A stretch of 64,000 nt of DNA from Candidatus Binatia bacterium (GTDB lineage Bacteria > Desulfobacterota > Binatia > Bin18): NCBI GenBank assembly GCA_963664395.2, contig OY761159.2:3040001-3104000 (forward strand). The letters run 5' to 3'. Positions 39,658-50,546 of this stretch are shown here, in pieces. The notes under the pieces are model-generated. The model was given only the letters and a program-made list of their open reading frames with translations. It searched no databases and was not told the origin of the DNA. A program made the translations under genes and the position numbers. Every line of letters starts with the position of its first letter. Position 1 is the stretch's first letter.

Positions 39658-42600
39658 GTGCATACACGCGTATTGATCAGCAACCGTGGCGAGATCGCCA
39701 TTCGCATTGCCAAATCTGCAACCGCCTTGGGCCTGGAATCGGTCGGTGTGTATCCTGCTATTGATGCGCTTTCGCTGCATACCCGCTGTATGACGGAAAG
39801 CCATGAGATCGGTACGGCAGCAGACTCCGTTGGGGCGTATTTGAACGCGGCAGCGCTCGTGCAGACTGCCAAAGCACGCGGCTGTGACTGTCTGCACCCT
39901 GGCTATGGTTTCTTGTCCGAGCATGCTCCATTTGCCGAGTTGTGTGCCGCCGAGGGGATTACTTTCATTGGTCCGCCGCCGGAGGCGCTCTCATTATTCG
40001 GAGATAAAGTCCGCGCGCGCGCGCTTGCCGAGTCGTTGGATATTCCGGTTGTCCCCGGTAGCGCTGAACCCATGGGATCAGCCCTGGAAGCAGAAAAGCT
40101 GGCGCACGATCTTGGTTACCCGGTGATGCTCAAGGCGGCGGCCGGGGGTGGGGGGCGCGGCATGCGAGTCGTCGAAAAGGCGGAGCAGATGGCCGAGGCA
40201 TTTGCGCGCTGCAGCAGCGAAGCCCAGGTCGTATTCGGTGATGGAGCCGTTTTTCTCGAAAGGCTGGTCGCGCGACCGAGACATATTGAAGTCCAAATTC
40301 TGGCCGATGCATATGGCAACGTGGTCCATCTGCACGAACGGGACTGCTCGGTGCAATTGCGACACCAGAAGGTCGTCGAGGTGGCCCCCGCTCCGGGTCT
40401 GGCCTCCACGCTGCGAGAGAAGATGCTCACCGATGCCATCACGCTTGTGAAGGCGGCCTCGTATGTGAATGCCGGCACCGTCGAGTTCCTGGTCTCGCCC
40501 GAGACGGGCGAGTATTTTTTTATTGAATGCAACCCGCGGATTCAGGTTGAGCATACGGTCACTGAACAGGTGACTGGTATTGATTTGGTCGAGGCACAGT
40601 TCCGTATCGCGGCGGGTGAAACGTTGGCCTCGCTCGGTCTTGGTGACCCGCACGCGCTGGGCGCGCCGCGAGGTTTTGCCGTACAGGCCCGTGTCGTCGC
40701 CACAAGTACGGGGAGTATTACGGCGTATAAGGAGCCCTCCGGCGTAGGCATTCGGGTGGATGCATGTGGCTATCTGGGCTATGCCCCTCCGCCGCAGTTC
40801 GACCCTTTGCTGGCAAAACTCATTTGTACGTCCGGTTCTTACGCAGCAGCGATTGAACGCACGCTGCATGCGCTTGATGAGTTCCACATTGGTGGTCTGC
40901 AAACCAACCTGCACCAACTGCGCGCCATATTATCGCATCCGGCTGTTCGGGCCGGTGATGCCAGAACGTCGTTGTTGGCAGAGGCCCCGGAGATTAACAC
41001 CGCTTCTTTCTCCGCTGCTGAAGGCAGCGCACTCGCATTGCTGGAGCAACAGGCCGCCAATATGGGCAAGGTGAGCAAAACGGGCGGCGCGGCGCTATCA
41101 TCAGGACAGTCTTCCTCCACATCTTCCTCCACACGCATGCCGGCGTTAGCGGTGGCAGAGGGTCAGGCGGCCGTGAAATGTCCTCTGGAGAGTTCCGTGG
41201 TGGAGATGCGCGTCAGCGCAGGTGACAGCGTGTCGCCTGGTGACACGCTGCTGGTCGTGAGCGCAATGAAGATGGAAACCATGGTCACGGCAAGCTGTGC
41301 CGGCATCATAGCGGCACTGCAACCACTGCAGGCCGGGGATACCGTCGCCGCAGGACAGGTTGTGGCCGTCGTGTCTCCGTCACACGCCGACATCCCTCAG
41401 GCGACAGAGGGTATACAGCCCTGGGGATCAGTGCTGGAAGAGGTTACGCTCTTACAGCACTTTGCCAAACAGAGGTTGGAGCCCGGCTCCGATGATCCGG
41501 GCGTGGTGCGCCAACGATCACGGGGCAAGCTGACGTGCCGGGAACGTATTGAGCTGTTGCTGGACGAAGGCTCCTTTCGTGAGGTCGGCAGTGTCGCGGG
41601 TTTTGCGTCATACGACGAAGCTGGGGCAATAGCGGGGTTTACACCCGCAAACAGTGTTGGCGGCTGGGGGAAAATAGACCAGCGGAGCGTCATTGTGTGT
41701 GCGGATGATTTCACGTCTCGGGGTGGCCACGCAGATGGGGCGATTGCTGCAAAAAGTGTCTATCTGGATCGTCTCGCAACGGAAATGTGTTTGCCCTCGC
41801 TACGGCTGCTGGATGGTTCGTCTGGGGGTGGCAGCGTTGCGGCGATGGTTCCGGCCCAGAAAAAAGAGGGTGAGAGTAGCGCCCAAGAAAGCTCGGGGGC
41901 AATCAAAGCCGGCCGGCCACGGGTGGCGGGTGGTGGCGGGTCGTATCTACCCGGACACCTGGGCAGCTCCATGTACGCCGAGCAGTTATCGACCATACCG
42001 GTGGTCAATCTGCTACTCGGCAGTGTCGTTGGCATTGGCGCGGCCAAGGCCGTCCTGGGTCACTTCTCGGTGATGGTGCGTGATATCGCGCAGCTCTTTG
42101 TCGCTGGACCGCCGGTTGTCTCGCATGCCATGGGGTACGATATCACCAAGGAGGAACTCGGCGGCTGGCATATTCACTGTACGAATGGCTCGGTAGACAA
42201 CCTGGCAGAATCCGAAGAAGAAGCAATGGAAATGACCAGGACATTTCTCTCCTATCTGCCCTCCAGTGTGTATGAGGTCCCGCCTGTGCGTGCGGCCAAC
42301 GCGCGCGATCCGAACGATCCAAACGACCCTGTTGACCGACGTGAAGAGGAACTCGCCACACTCATAGCCAGAAAACGCACCACGACATTTGATATTCGTA
42401 AGGCCATCAGGTTGATGGCAGACCGGGATTCTTTTTTTGAGATTGGTCTATTATGGGGGACTGACCAAGTCGCGGGATTTGTGAGATTCAATGGCTACCC
42501 CCTGGGTGTGATTGCTTCTGACAGCCAACATGCCAATGGGGGCGCGCTCACCGCAGACGGCTGCGACAAGCTGACGCGCCACCTGGATTTGTGCGATCTG

Positions 42601-43098
42601 TTCCATCTGCCGGTCTTGAACCTGGTCGATAATCCCGGCTTCGCGGTCGGCTTGGAGCACGAGCTGACGGGGACGATTCGCAAAGGGGCTGAATGGATGA
42701 TTGCCTTCGCCCAGATACGGGTCCCCATCTTCACCGTCCTGATGCGCCGCAGTTTTGGCGTTGCCGGGAACAATTATGCCACGCCACGGTCAGAACCTTC
42801 GATACGCGTGGCCTGGCCGGCTGCGGATGTCGGCGGGATTCCACCCGAGGGCGGCATCGAAGCGGCCTATAAACGTCAGTTGGCAGAAGCGGACGACCCA
42901 GCCGCATTACGCGCAGAACTCAACGCCCGGATCGAGAGCGCCCGAGGACCGCTCGGCCCGTTAAACAAATTCCAGCTCGAAGAGATGATCGATCCCAGGG
43001 ATACCCGACGGTATATTTGTGAGTGGATTGAAACCGCGTATAAGGTGGTGTCTCAGCCGGCGCGGCTTGTGCCGCGGGCGTTGCAGTTCCGGCCGTAG
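39658..43098 (+). CDS. Single-chain acyl-CoA carboxylase (BC-BCCP-CT fusion)
   Basis: NRGEIA, HPGYGFLSE, GGGGRGMR, ERDCSVQ, NPRIQVEH; biotin site AMKME; CT domain with GKLTCRERI. Confidence 0.9.
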   Translation: MHTRVLISNRGEIAIRIAKSATALGLESVGVYPAIDALSLHTRCMTESHEIGTAADSVGAYLNAAALVQTAKARGCDCLHPGYGFLSEHAPFAELCAAEGITFIGPPPEALSLFGDKVRARALAESLDIPVVPGSAEPMGSALEAEKLAHDLGYPVMLKAAAGGGGRGMRVVEKAEQMAEAFARCSSEAQVVFGDGAVFLERLVARPRHIEVQILADAYGNVVHLHERDCSVQLRHQKVVEVAPAPGLASTLREKMLTDAITLVKAASYVNAGTVEFLVSPETGEYFFIECNPRIQVEHTVTEQVTGIDLVEAQFRIAAGETLASLGLGDPHALGAPRGFAVQARVVATSTGSITAYKEPSGVGIRVDACGYLGYAPPPQFDPLLAKLICTSGSYAAAIERTLHALDEFHIGGLQTNLHQLRAILSHPAVRAGDARTSLLAEAPEINTASFSAAEGSALALLEQQAANMGKVSKTGGAALSSGQSSSTSSSTRMPALAVAEGQAAVKCPLESSVVEMRVSAGDSVSPGDTLLVVSAMKMETMVTASCAGIIAALQPLQAGDTVAAGQVVAVVSPSHADIPQATEGIQPWGSVLEEVTLLQHFAKQRLEPGSDDPGVVRQRSRGKLTCRERIELLLDEGSFREVGSVAGFASYDEAGAIAGFTPANSVGGWGKIDQRSVIVCADDFTSRGGHADGAIAAKSVYLDRLATEMCLPSLRLLDGSSGGGSVAAMVPAQKKEGESSAQESSGAIKAGRPRVAGGGGSYLPGHLGSSMYAEQLSTIPVVNLLLGSVVGIGAAKAVLGHFSVMVRDIAQLFVAGPPVVSHAMGYDITKEELGGWHIHCTNGSVDNLAESEEEAMEMTRTFLSYLPSSVYEVPPVRAANARDPNDPNDPVDRREEELATLIARKRTTTFDIRKAIRLMADRDSFFEIGLLWGTDQVAGFVRFNGYPLGVIASDSQHANGGALTADGCDKLTRHLDLCDLFHLPVLNLVDNPGFAVGLEHELTGTIRKGAEWMIAFAQIRVPIFTVLMRRSFGVAGNNYATPRSEPSIRVAWPAADVGGIPPEGGIEAAYKRQLAEADDPAALRAELNARIESARGPLGPLNKFQLEEMIDPRDTRRYICEWIETAYKVVSQPARLVPRALQFRP

Positions 43099-43182
43099 GT
43101 GGCTGGGGCTGGTGGAATCCCTCGGCCCATGATTGAGAGACAGTGATTCAGGTGCGCGAGTAACTCCTGCGGAGGAAAGACC

Positions 43183-44763
43183 ATGACTCAGGATACCCAG
43201 TCAGCACAACGGCCGATGCAAGACGACAAAGAGCGTGGGCAAATACCTTTGACCGGCCAAGAATTCCTTGACAGCCTGCAGGATGATCGGGAGGTCTGGA
43301 TCTATGGTGAGCGCGTCACAGACGTCACGCAGCACCCAGCCTTTCGGAATTCTGCCCGTATGCTGGCGCGGATGTACGATGCCCTGCACGATCCTCAAAA
43401 AGGATCGACTATCAGAACGCAGACGGATACCGGGAACGGGGGGTTCACGCATAAGTTTTACAAGGTACCGAAGAGTACGGCAGACTTGGTGGGCAGTCGT
43501 GATGCCATTGCCGCCTGGGCACGCATCTCCTACGGCTGGATGGGGCGCTCGCCGGACTACAAAGCCAGTTTAACCGGCACCCTGGGCGCGAATGCCGCAT
43601 TCTACGAGCCGTATCAGGATAATGCGTTACGTTGGTATCGTCAGACCCAAGAGCGTTGCTTGTTTCTCAACCACGCGCTGGTGAACCCGCCTGTCGATAA
43701 AGGGAAATCCCCTGACGACGTGAAAGACGTATACGTGCATGTAGAAAAAGAGACCGATGCCGGCGTCATCGTGAGTGGCGCCAAGGTAGTCGCGACCGGC
43801 TCTGCCCTGACTCATTACAATTTCATTGGCTTTTACGGTCCAACGCCCTTAGGCAAACCTGAGATGGCGCTGTTTGCCATGATTTCCATGGATAGTGCGG
43901 GAGTGAAGCTCATCTGTCGCCCGTCGTATGAATTGCACGCCGCCACGCTGGGCAGTCCGTTTGACTACCCGTTGTCTTCGCGCCTGGATGAAAATGACGC
44001 CATTCTGATATTGGACAAAGTCCTCATCCCCTGGGAGAATATTTTTGTCTACCGAGACCTGGACAAGGCCAACGCCTTTTTCCCCGGCTCAGGTTTTATC
44101 CCGCGCTTTACCCTGCATGGCTGCACACGTTTTGCGGTGAAGTTGGACTTTCTGGCGGGGGCACTGCTGAAAGCAATAGAAGCCATTGGCGTGCAGGACC
44201 AGCGCAGCGCCCAGGTGCAGGTCGGTGAGGTGCTGGCCTGGCGGCACATGTTCTGGGGCCTGACCGAGGCGATGACAAAGACGCCCGAGCAGTGGGTCAA
44301 TGGGGCACTTCAGCCCAACACGGAGTACGGTTTGGCCTATCGCATGTTGGCTCCGGTCGCCTATCCCCGCATCAAAGAGATTATCGAGCAAACCATTTCG
44401 AGTGGCCTGATTTATCTCAACTCGCATGTGAAAGATTTCAAAACGCCGGAGCTCCAGCCATATCTTGAGAAGTATTTACGCGGCTCCAACGACTACGATG
44501 CGCTGGAGCGGGTCAAGCTGCTCAAGATTCTGTGGGATGCAGTCGGGACCGAGTTTGGTGGGCGGCACGAACTGTACGAGCGCAATTACGCAGGCAACTA
44601 CGAAAACATCAAACTCGAAAACCTGCCGGCGGCCGTGGCCATGGGCCGCGCGGACGAACTCAAGGGGTTTGTTGAGCAGTGTATGGCGGAATACGATATA
44701 GACGGTTGGACGGTCCCGGACCTGATTAATCCGGATGACGTCAATCGGGTGGGACGTAAATAG
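43183..44763 (+). CDS. 4-hydroxyphenylacetate 3-hydroxylase family (HpaB-like) flavin-dependent monooxygenase
   Basis: [49 protein letters not shown]. Confidence 0.9.
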   Translation: MTQDTQSAQRPMQDDKERGQIPLTGQEFLDSLQDDREVWIYGERVTDVTQHPAFRNSARMLARMYDALHDPQKGSTIRTQTDTGNGGFTHKFYKVPKSTADLVGSRDAIAAWARISYGWMGRSPDYKASLTGTLGANAAFYEPYQDNALRWYRQTQERCLFLNHALVNPPVDKGKSPDDVKDVYVHVEKETDAGVIVSGAKVVATGSALTHYNFIGFYGPTPLGKPEMALFAMISMDSAGVKLICRPSYELHAATLGSPFDYPLSSRLDENDAILILDKVLIPWENIFVYRDLDKANAFFPGSGFIPRFTLHGCTRFAVKLDFLAGALLKAIEAIGVQDQRSAQVQVGEVLAWRHMFWGLTEAMTKTPEQWVNGALQPNTEYGLAYRMLAPVAYPRIKEIIEQTISSGLIYLNSHVKDFKTPELQPYLEKYLRGSNDYDALERVKLLKILWDAVGTEFGGRHELYERNYAGNYENIKLENLPAAVAMGRADELKGFVEQCMAEYDIDGWTVPDLINPDDVNRVGRK

Positions 44764-44775
44764 GGAGGTTCTGAC

Positions 44776-46005
44776 ATGTCAACGAATGCAGCCGAGCGTC
44801 AGCAGCGTATTCTGGACATTGCCGCCGCACATGCCGACGATTTCGCCACGCGGGTGGCCCAGCACGATGCGGAGAGCAGTTTTCCGCATGAAAATGTGGC
44901 GGCCATGAAGGCGTCGGGCTATACCGCCCTCATCGTACCGGAAGAGCTGGGCGGCGCCGGCGCTACACCGCTGGATATTGCTGTGGCCCAGGAACGTCTG
45001 GCCTACGGCGATCTGCCCATGGCTATTGCCGTCAATATGCACCACATCGTGGTCTCCATTCTGGCTGACCTGTGGCGGCTTAACCAACGCGGGCAGGGCC
45101 CGCACCTGGACGCGATCGAGCCCATGCTCAAGGCGACAGTGACCGACGGCCTGATTTTCGGGGGACCGGTCAGCGATCCAAAAATGAACAGCTCGGTCGG
45201 CTTTGCCGGTATTAACGATACGACCCGTCAGGCGACCAAGGTGGACGGCGGCTACCGGCTGAACGGCAAAAGCGGTTTCGGCACCATGTCCGCGGGGGCC
45301 GACTATCTGCTGACGACCGCGCGCTATGAAGACCCTGACAACGGCCCGCAATGCCTGTTGTGCTTTTTTCCGACCAACACACCGGGCGTCGAAATTCAGA
45401 CCAACTGGGATACGATGAGCATCCGTTCCTCGCAGAGCAATGACGTGGTGTGGAATAATGTGTTTGTCTCCGACGATGCCGCGGTGTTACGACCGGCCCA
45501 AAGCTGGGACGCCATCTCCGACATTACCGCCTCATGGTGGGTGGCCTCCAGTCCGGCGTGTTATATCGGTCTGGCCCAGGCAGCGCGCGATTATGCCATG
45601 CAGTGGGTGGCTGGGCGTAGGCAAGAACCGTTTGACCAACCCATGACCCACTATCCCGGCAATCAGTTGCTGGCCGCAGAAATGGAAATCGGCCTGCGCT
45701 CGTCGCGTGCCATGCTGCATCAGGCCGTTGCTACCCACGATGACGTCAACGTGCGTACCCAGGAAGATCTCATCAATCTGATCTCGTGTTTTCAGTTTGT
45801 GATGGAATCCTGCCTTCAGGTGGTTGATAAAGCCATGCGCATGGTCGGCGGCGCGGCTCTGTTCAAGAAGAACCCCATGGAACAGATGTACCGCGACGTA
45901 CGGGCTGCGGTCATCCATCAGCCCTTTGCCGGCATGGAAGGCAAAGCCCTGCTCGGTCGGCGGACCTTCGGCTTGCCGGTGTATACCAGCCCGCGCAGTG
46001 TGTAA
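44776..46005 (+). CDS. Acyl-CoA dehydrogenase fold protein
   Basis: VPEELGGAG, GYRLNGKSGFGT, WDTMSIRSSQSNDV, EQMYRDVR. Confidence 0.82.
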   Translation: MSTNAAERQQRILDIAAAHADDFATRVAQHDAESSFPHENVAAMKASGYTALIVPEELGGAGATPLDIAVAQERLAYGDLPMAIAVNMHHIVVSILADLWRLNQRGQGPHLDAIEPMLKATVTDGLIFGGPVSDPKMNSSVGFAGINDTTRQATKVDGGYRLNGKSGFGTMSAGADYLLTTARYEDPDNGPQCLLCFFPTNTPGVEIQTNWDTMSIRSSQSNDVVWNNVFVSDDAAVLRPAQSWDAISDITASWWVASSPACYIGLAQAARDYAMQWVAGRRQEPFDQPMTHYPGNQLLAAEMEIGLRSSRAMLHQAVATHDDVNVRTQEDLINLISCFQFVMESCLQVVDKAMRMVGGAALFKKNPMEQMYRDVRAAVIHQPFAGMEGKALLGRRTFGLPVYTSPRSV

Positions 46006-46124
46006 GCGTCACTTCGCGCCGCAGCCTGCGGAGTCTTTAGGAGCGTCGTCAGGTCGTGGTATGGTACGGTCCAAGAAAGCTCGCTTCGGTTTCCTGGCCG
46101 TAGTCGGCAGGGGAAGGAGTCGAT

Positions 46125-46325
46125 ATGAGTGCCGTCCATGAACGTTTTGTGACTGATAGAGATGGAAAGCGGATAGCCGTGTTATTGGATATGGACGAGT
46201 ACGCCAAGTTGCTCCGGGAATTGGAAGAACTCGAATCTCTCAAAGCCTATGACGCGGCCAAATCAACCCACGATGAAGCTATTCCGCTCGAACAAGCCCT
46301 CGCCGAAATCGAAAAGAATCGGTAG
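46125..46325 (+). CDS. Putative antitoxin
   Basis: 66 aa, FVTDRDGKRIAVLLDMDEY...IPLEQAL; RBS AAGGAG; overlaps a RelE-like start. Confidence 0.75.
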   Translation: MSAVHERFVTDRDGKRIAVLLDMDEYAKLLRELEELESLKAYDAAKSTHDEAIPLEQALAEIEKNR

Positions 46326-46729
46326 TGTCCTACTCCGTCGTTATCTTGCGGCGCGCTCAGAAAGAACTCGCCGGGCTGCCGTTGGACACGTACAACCGTG
46401 TGTGTGAGGCGCTACGCGGGCAGCGCATCCGCCAGGGGCAAAAGGTCACGATATGGGAGATGTCGGCCAACCGAGATGAAGACGAGTTCGCAGACCCGTT
46501 CCGGTTCGACATCGGTCGGAATCCGAATTTTCATGTTGGTTTTGGGCTTGGCACCCACTTCTGTTTGGGGGCCAACCTGGCGCGGCTTGAGGTCCGGGTG
46601 GTGTTCGAAGAACTCCTTGCCCGGTATGAGGGCTTCGAGATTGTCGGTGATCTCGAATGGACGAATAATAACCGTCTCGTTGGTCTGACCCGTCTGCCGC
46701 TCAGAGTGACGTCCAAGGCCGCCGCCTAG
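46325..46729 (+). pseudogene. Chimera: RelE/ParE toxin N-terminus fused in frame to cytochrome P450 C-terminus
   Basis: MSYSVVILRRAQKELAGLP (RelE-like), then SANRDE..F.DPFRFDI.R...FGLGTHFCLGANLAR (P450 heme pocket). Confidence 0.85.
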
Positions 46730-46855
46730 GCTTGTAGGGGCCCTTTTTGTGTGGAATATCCATCACACCGAGGAAGCATCCATGACAGACTGTCCTATGG
46801 TATTTGATACCACACCTGGTTCTCTTGAGGTCTGCCAAACCTGCTGGGACCGTCT

Positions 46856-48754
46856 TCAGAGGGGTCGATTTTGACGCGTGATATGTGTGAGACGTGGGCT
46901 CACCGCGTCTCGCCACCAGAGAGGAATAAGCCCTACTGCAATCCCGAGGGCTGTCCAGGCCCATAGACTCGACTCTCCGGGTAAGCGCATCATCAGTTTC
47001 CCGAGCCCAATCAGCGTCAAAAAAACTGATAGCGCCAACAGGAGGGTGATTTTAAGGGCCTGCCCTAGCTGTCTCACCGGCAGCTGGGGAGGATCACCCA
47101 TGCGCCGCGCGGTGTTGCTCCAGAATCCCATTGGCCGCACCTGTTGGTAAAACCGATTTAACACGTCATCCGCAGTGCCTGGTGTCACATACGTGATGCC
47201 AATCGCTACCCCGGTTGAGACTACCCCCATCACCGCTAAGTGAAGCCATTCGGCATCGGTGGTTATCAGTAAGATCGGCGCGACGACCAATGAGACCGCC
47301 ATTGCCGCTAATTCGGAAAAGAGCGTGATGCGTTCCCAGAGCCAGCGCAATACCAGCACAGAACCCACGCCCGCCCCAAATAACAACGAGACAAACCAGG
47401 CTTGCTGAATGGAGCCGAGGTGGGTCATCAGCGTGAGGGCGATGACCAAAATAAGGACATTCGAGAGACGGGCGACAACGACCAACTCATGGTTATCAGG
47501 CTTACGCCTCAGCCAGTGGTGGCAAATCAACCGTTGGTAAATATCATTACTCCAATAGCTTGCGCCCCAGTTCAGATGGGTATCAATTGTCGAGGCCAAG
47601 GCGGCTAAGAGGCCGACCAACATGACGCCACGAATACCAACGGGAAGCAGATCATTGATGCCCGTCACAAACAGAATTTCTCGACTCGTAGTGAACGCAG
47701 CGTCGCTACTGAGGTTTGGCGTAAGCGGCGCGAACGGATAGATCACCAGGAGGCCCACCCCAATCACCAACCAGAGCAGGCTGCGTGCCACGATCTGCAC
47801 CCAGGTGAATACGAGGCTAGCGATCCGAGCATCGCGGTCCGTGGCACAGGCCATCGCGCGTTGGGCCAGGTATCCGCTGCCATCACTGTTCACTTGAAAG
47901 AACCATTGCATGCCAATAATGGCGAGAAAGGGCAGCAACATCTCGCCACCGGGCGGGGCAAACGACAACATGCTGCTGGCGGCCTCTGCCCCGTATAACT
48001 CTACGAGCTGCTCGGTCAGCGCGCCGAAACCGCCGACGTGATACCAGACGATACAGGCATAGAGCAGGGTTCCTCCCATGGCCATGCTTAATTGCACAAT
48101 GTCAGTCGCCACCACGCTACGCAGTCCACCAGTCATAGAATACAGTGTGGTAAACCCGACCAGAGCAAGAATGCTCAGCGTATTATTGGTAGTCGCCACC
48201 GCAGGCGCGAGGTCGGTTGCGCCCGAGGTGAGGGAGATGCCCAGCGCCTCAACAGTGCCTATAAGCCCCTGGTAGAACCCGACGGGCAACCAGGCATGCC
48301 ACGGTAAAAAAACTTCAGCAATCCGCAGAGCGGCCACTAACACCATGGCCATCACCACACAGTTAATGATGGTGCCAAAATACACAGCTTTGAGCACCCG
48401 AAGCAGTAAGACGCCGGGGCCGCTGTAGCGTATTTCAGTCAGTTCCGCATCGGTAAGCACACCGGCCCGCCGCCAGCCAACGGCGAACACAAAGCCCATG
48501 AGTAAGAAGGCAACGGCATAGATCCATAAGCGCCACACAACAAAGATACCGCCGGTCGCAATCAGGCCGGTGACTAAGAGCGGTGTATCAGCGCCATATT
48601 GAGTAGCGGCCATGCTCATGCCGGCCTTCCAGCCAGTGAGCGTTTTTCCGGCGAGAAAATACTCCTGTAAACTTCTGGAGGCCTGCCGGCGCGCGTGAAA
48701 TCCTGCCGAAACGGCATAGGCGACGAACGCCAGCACGATGAGCAGGTCAATCAT
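46856..48754 (-). CDS. Sodium:solute symporter family protein
   Basis: EYFLAGK, ADTPLLVTG, GGLRSVVATD, AALASTIDTHLNWGASY; many TM helices. Confidence 0.9.
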   Translation of the reverse strand: MIDLLIVLAFVAYAVSAGFHARRQASRSLQEYFLAGKTLTGWKAGMSMAATQYGADTPLLVTGLIATGGIFVVWRLWIYAVAFLLMGFVFAVGWRRAGVLTDAELTEIRYSGPGVLLLRVLKAVYFGTIINCVVMAMVLVAALRIAEVFLPWHAWLPVGFYQGLIGTVEALGISLTSGATDLAPAVATTNNTLSILALVGFTTLYSMTGGLRSVVATDIVQLSMAMGGTLLYACIVWYHVGGFGALTEQLVELYGAEAASSMLSFAPPGGEMLLPFLAIIGMQWFFQVNSDGSGYLAQRAMACATDRDARIASLVFTWVQIVARSLLWLVIGVGLLVIYPFAPLTPNLSSDAAFTTSREILFVTGINDLLPVGIRGVMLVGLLAALASTIDTHLNWGASYWSNDIYQRLICHHWLRRKPDNHELVVVARLSNVLILVIALTLMTHLGSIQQAWFVSLLFGAGVGSVLVLRWLWERITLFSELAAMAVSLVVAPILLITTDAEWLHLAVMGVVSTGVAIGITYVTPGTADDVLNRFYQQVRPMGFWSNTARRMGDPPQLPVRQLGQALKITLLLALSVFLTLIGLGKLMMRLPGESSLWAWTALGIAVGLIPLWWRDAVSPRLTHITRQNRPL

Positions 48755-48851
48755 ACTGCGAGTCCACGGCTTAGCGATGACAGAGAGGTCTCCCCGTATT
48801 ACGGCGTGCAGCCCGAAGAGCCATTCGCAAAATTCCATCCTATTCGTAGGT

Positions 48852-48916
48852 CTGGATGCTGCCTTGGCAGGTATGACATAATACGGGCCGTCATTCCCGT
48901 GGAAACGGGCATCCAG
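48852..48916. repeat. Inverted pair of CGTC-family REP-like elements
   Basis: CGTCATTCCCGTGGAAACGGGCATCCAG on + and a degenerate GTCATACCTGCCAAGGCAGCATCCAG on -. Confidence 0.65.
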
Positions 48917-48988
48917 GGAAGAGAGGGGCCGGCTAAGAACTCACGTCCGTGAGGTTCGGTCAGGGTTGGTACGCTCAGAATGGTGGCA

Positions 48989-50203
48989 TTAGTTTCTCTC
49001 GCGTACCTCGAAGCCAAATATCCGGGCTGCGTTGAGCCCGAGGACCTTGGCACGTTCGTTGTCATTGAGCATCCCCATAGTCCGCTCGATCGCCGCGGCT
49101 GAGTGCGGCCAGGTCCCTTCGTGATGGGGATAGTCATTGGCCCACATAAAGTTGTCGACGAGTCGGTGTTCGCGCGCCAAGGCGAGCCCCGAAGGGTCTT
49201 CACCGAAGGTTGCGAACCCATGGGCTCGGAAGTATTCGCTGGGCAGGTTTTTGAGCTTTGGCCGGGCGTACATATGATGCTTCTTGTATGCCTCATCCAT
49301 GGCGTCAAGCGTCCACGGCAGCCAGCCGATGCCGGCTTCGATCGTCCCGAAGCGTAATTTTGGAAAGCGCTCGAGCACCCCGGAAGAGCAGAGATTCGCT
49401 ACCGGTTCGATTGCTTGTGTCAGCGCGTGGGCCGCGTAGTCAATGACCGCGCCACCGTTGCCCCGGGATGTGCGGGGGTCGCGGCCCGTCGCAATGTGAA
49501 AAGTAATGGGGAGATCAACGTCTTGAATAGCGGCCCACAACGGATCGTATTCGGGCAGGTTGTAGTTGGACTGCTCATGATCGGGCGGGCCCCAAATCGG
49601 TTTACAGGGAAGCGTTAAACCGCGAAACCCGAGCTTGGCTACGCGCTCGATCTCGGAGATTGCGGCCTCAATGTTCGCAGTGGCGATACAGCCCAGCGGT
49701 GCCAGTTGCTCCTTGTAAGGGCCAAAGGTCTCCCAGGCCCAATCGTTCCACACTCGGCACATTGCGTCTGCGAAGAGGGGGTCGGATGTCGCCCACATCG
49801 ACAGCCCCTTATTGGGAAAGATAAGCTCGGCGTCAATGCCGTCGCGCGCATGGTCCCGCAGACGTTCTTCCGGCGTTCGTCCAGCTCGATTGCGTTCTCG
49901 GTCTTCACCCTCGAAGACAATATGGCGAGCGCGCACCGTACGGAAACCCTCACCGACCTGAACGGTCGCGCCGTCGCGCCCTGTCTGCATACGCGGCAGG
50001 CGCTCCGTATACGTCTTATCTATACGCTCGTGCCATAAGGTTGACGGTTCGTTGGCGTGACAATCAGCCGACACCATGAAGTACTTACTCGGGTCATCGG
50101 CACGGGCGGTGCGTGGCCAGCTGTTTGCGCCGGGCGTTTCGCTCCGCCAGGACCAGGGATTTTGCTGCTCCAGCTGCTTATGAGTCGCAGGAGATTCGCT
50201 CAT
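48989..50203 (-). CDS. Amidohydrolase family protein (amidohydro_2)
   Basis: SADCH, LPITFH, EAGIGW, WANDYPHHEGTWP. Confidence 0.9.
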   Translation of the reverse strand: MSESPATHKQLEQQNPWSWRSETPGANSWPRTARADDPSKYFMVSADCHANEPSTLWHERIDKTYTERLPRMQTGRDGATVQVGEGFRTVRARHIVFEGEDRERNRAGRTPEERLRDHARDGIDAELIFPNKGLSMWATSDPLFADAMCRVWNDWAWETFGPYKEQLAPLGCIATANIEAAISEIERVAKLGFRGLTLPCKPIWGPPDHEQSNYNLPEYDPLWAAIQDVDLPITFHIATGRDPRTSRGNGGAVIDYAAHALTQAIEPVANLCSSGVLERFPKLRFGTIEAGIGWLPWTLDAMDEAYKKHHMYARPKLKNLPSEYFRAHGFATFGEDPSGLALAREHRLVDNFMWANDYPHHEGTWPHSAAAIERTMGMLNDNERAKVLGLNAARIFGFEVRERN

Positions 50204-50399
50204 CGTTGTTTCCTTTTCCTTATATGGTATAGGCATACCAGAATTCATATCAGTACTGAAACATGCCCTTTGGACATATGTATATTCTGAACAAAATGCT
50301 GGCAATTCTATTGCGCCGATTGCAAAGGCTGGCTGAGGTCCCTAAGAAGAAGCCAGCCTGTAATGGTACTGGTGGCAGGGCCAAACGGAGCGACTCTTC

Positions 50400-50546
50400 A
50401 TGACGGAACACCTCTTACCCGATCAATTCCAGGATCTTGCACCATTTCTCGAATGGGCCTTGGCGACGGAGCGTGAGCGAAGTGCGAAGCGCCAGTCGAG
50501 CACGATGGGAGAAATCAATGCTTTTTATCAGGCGATGCTCCCACGG
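50400..50546 (+). pseudogene. 5' fragment of a small conserved hypothetical protein gene
   Basis: MTEHLLPDQFQDLAPFLEWALATERER..KRQSSTM..INAFY.AMLPR with RBS GGAG; the frame then runs out of register into Rieske sequence. Confidence 0.6.

Noticed and set aside
46782-46874. 30-aa ORF MTDCPMVFDTTPGSLEVCQTCWDRLQRGRF with RBS-like GAGGA
   Set aside because: Too short to support and overlaps the symporter's 3' end; it may be a truncated gene start but cannot be identified.
50437-50545. Apparent complete Rieske motif starting at CSH in the 340-aa ORF
   Set aside because: Spacing to the second CxxH is too short, and the upstream residues are an off-frame reading of another gene fragment.
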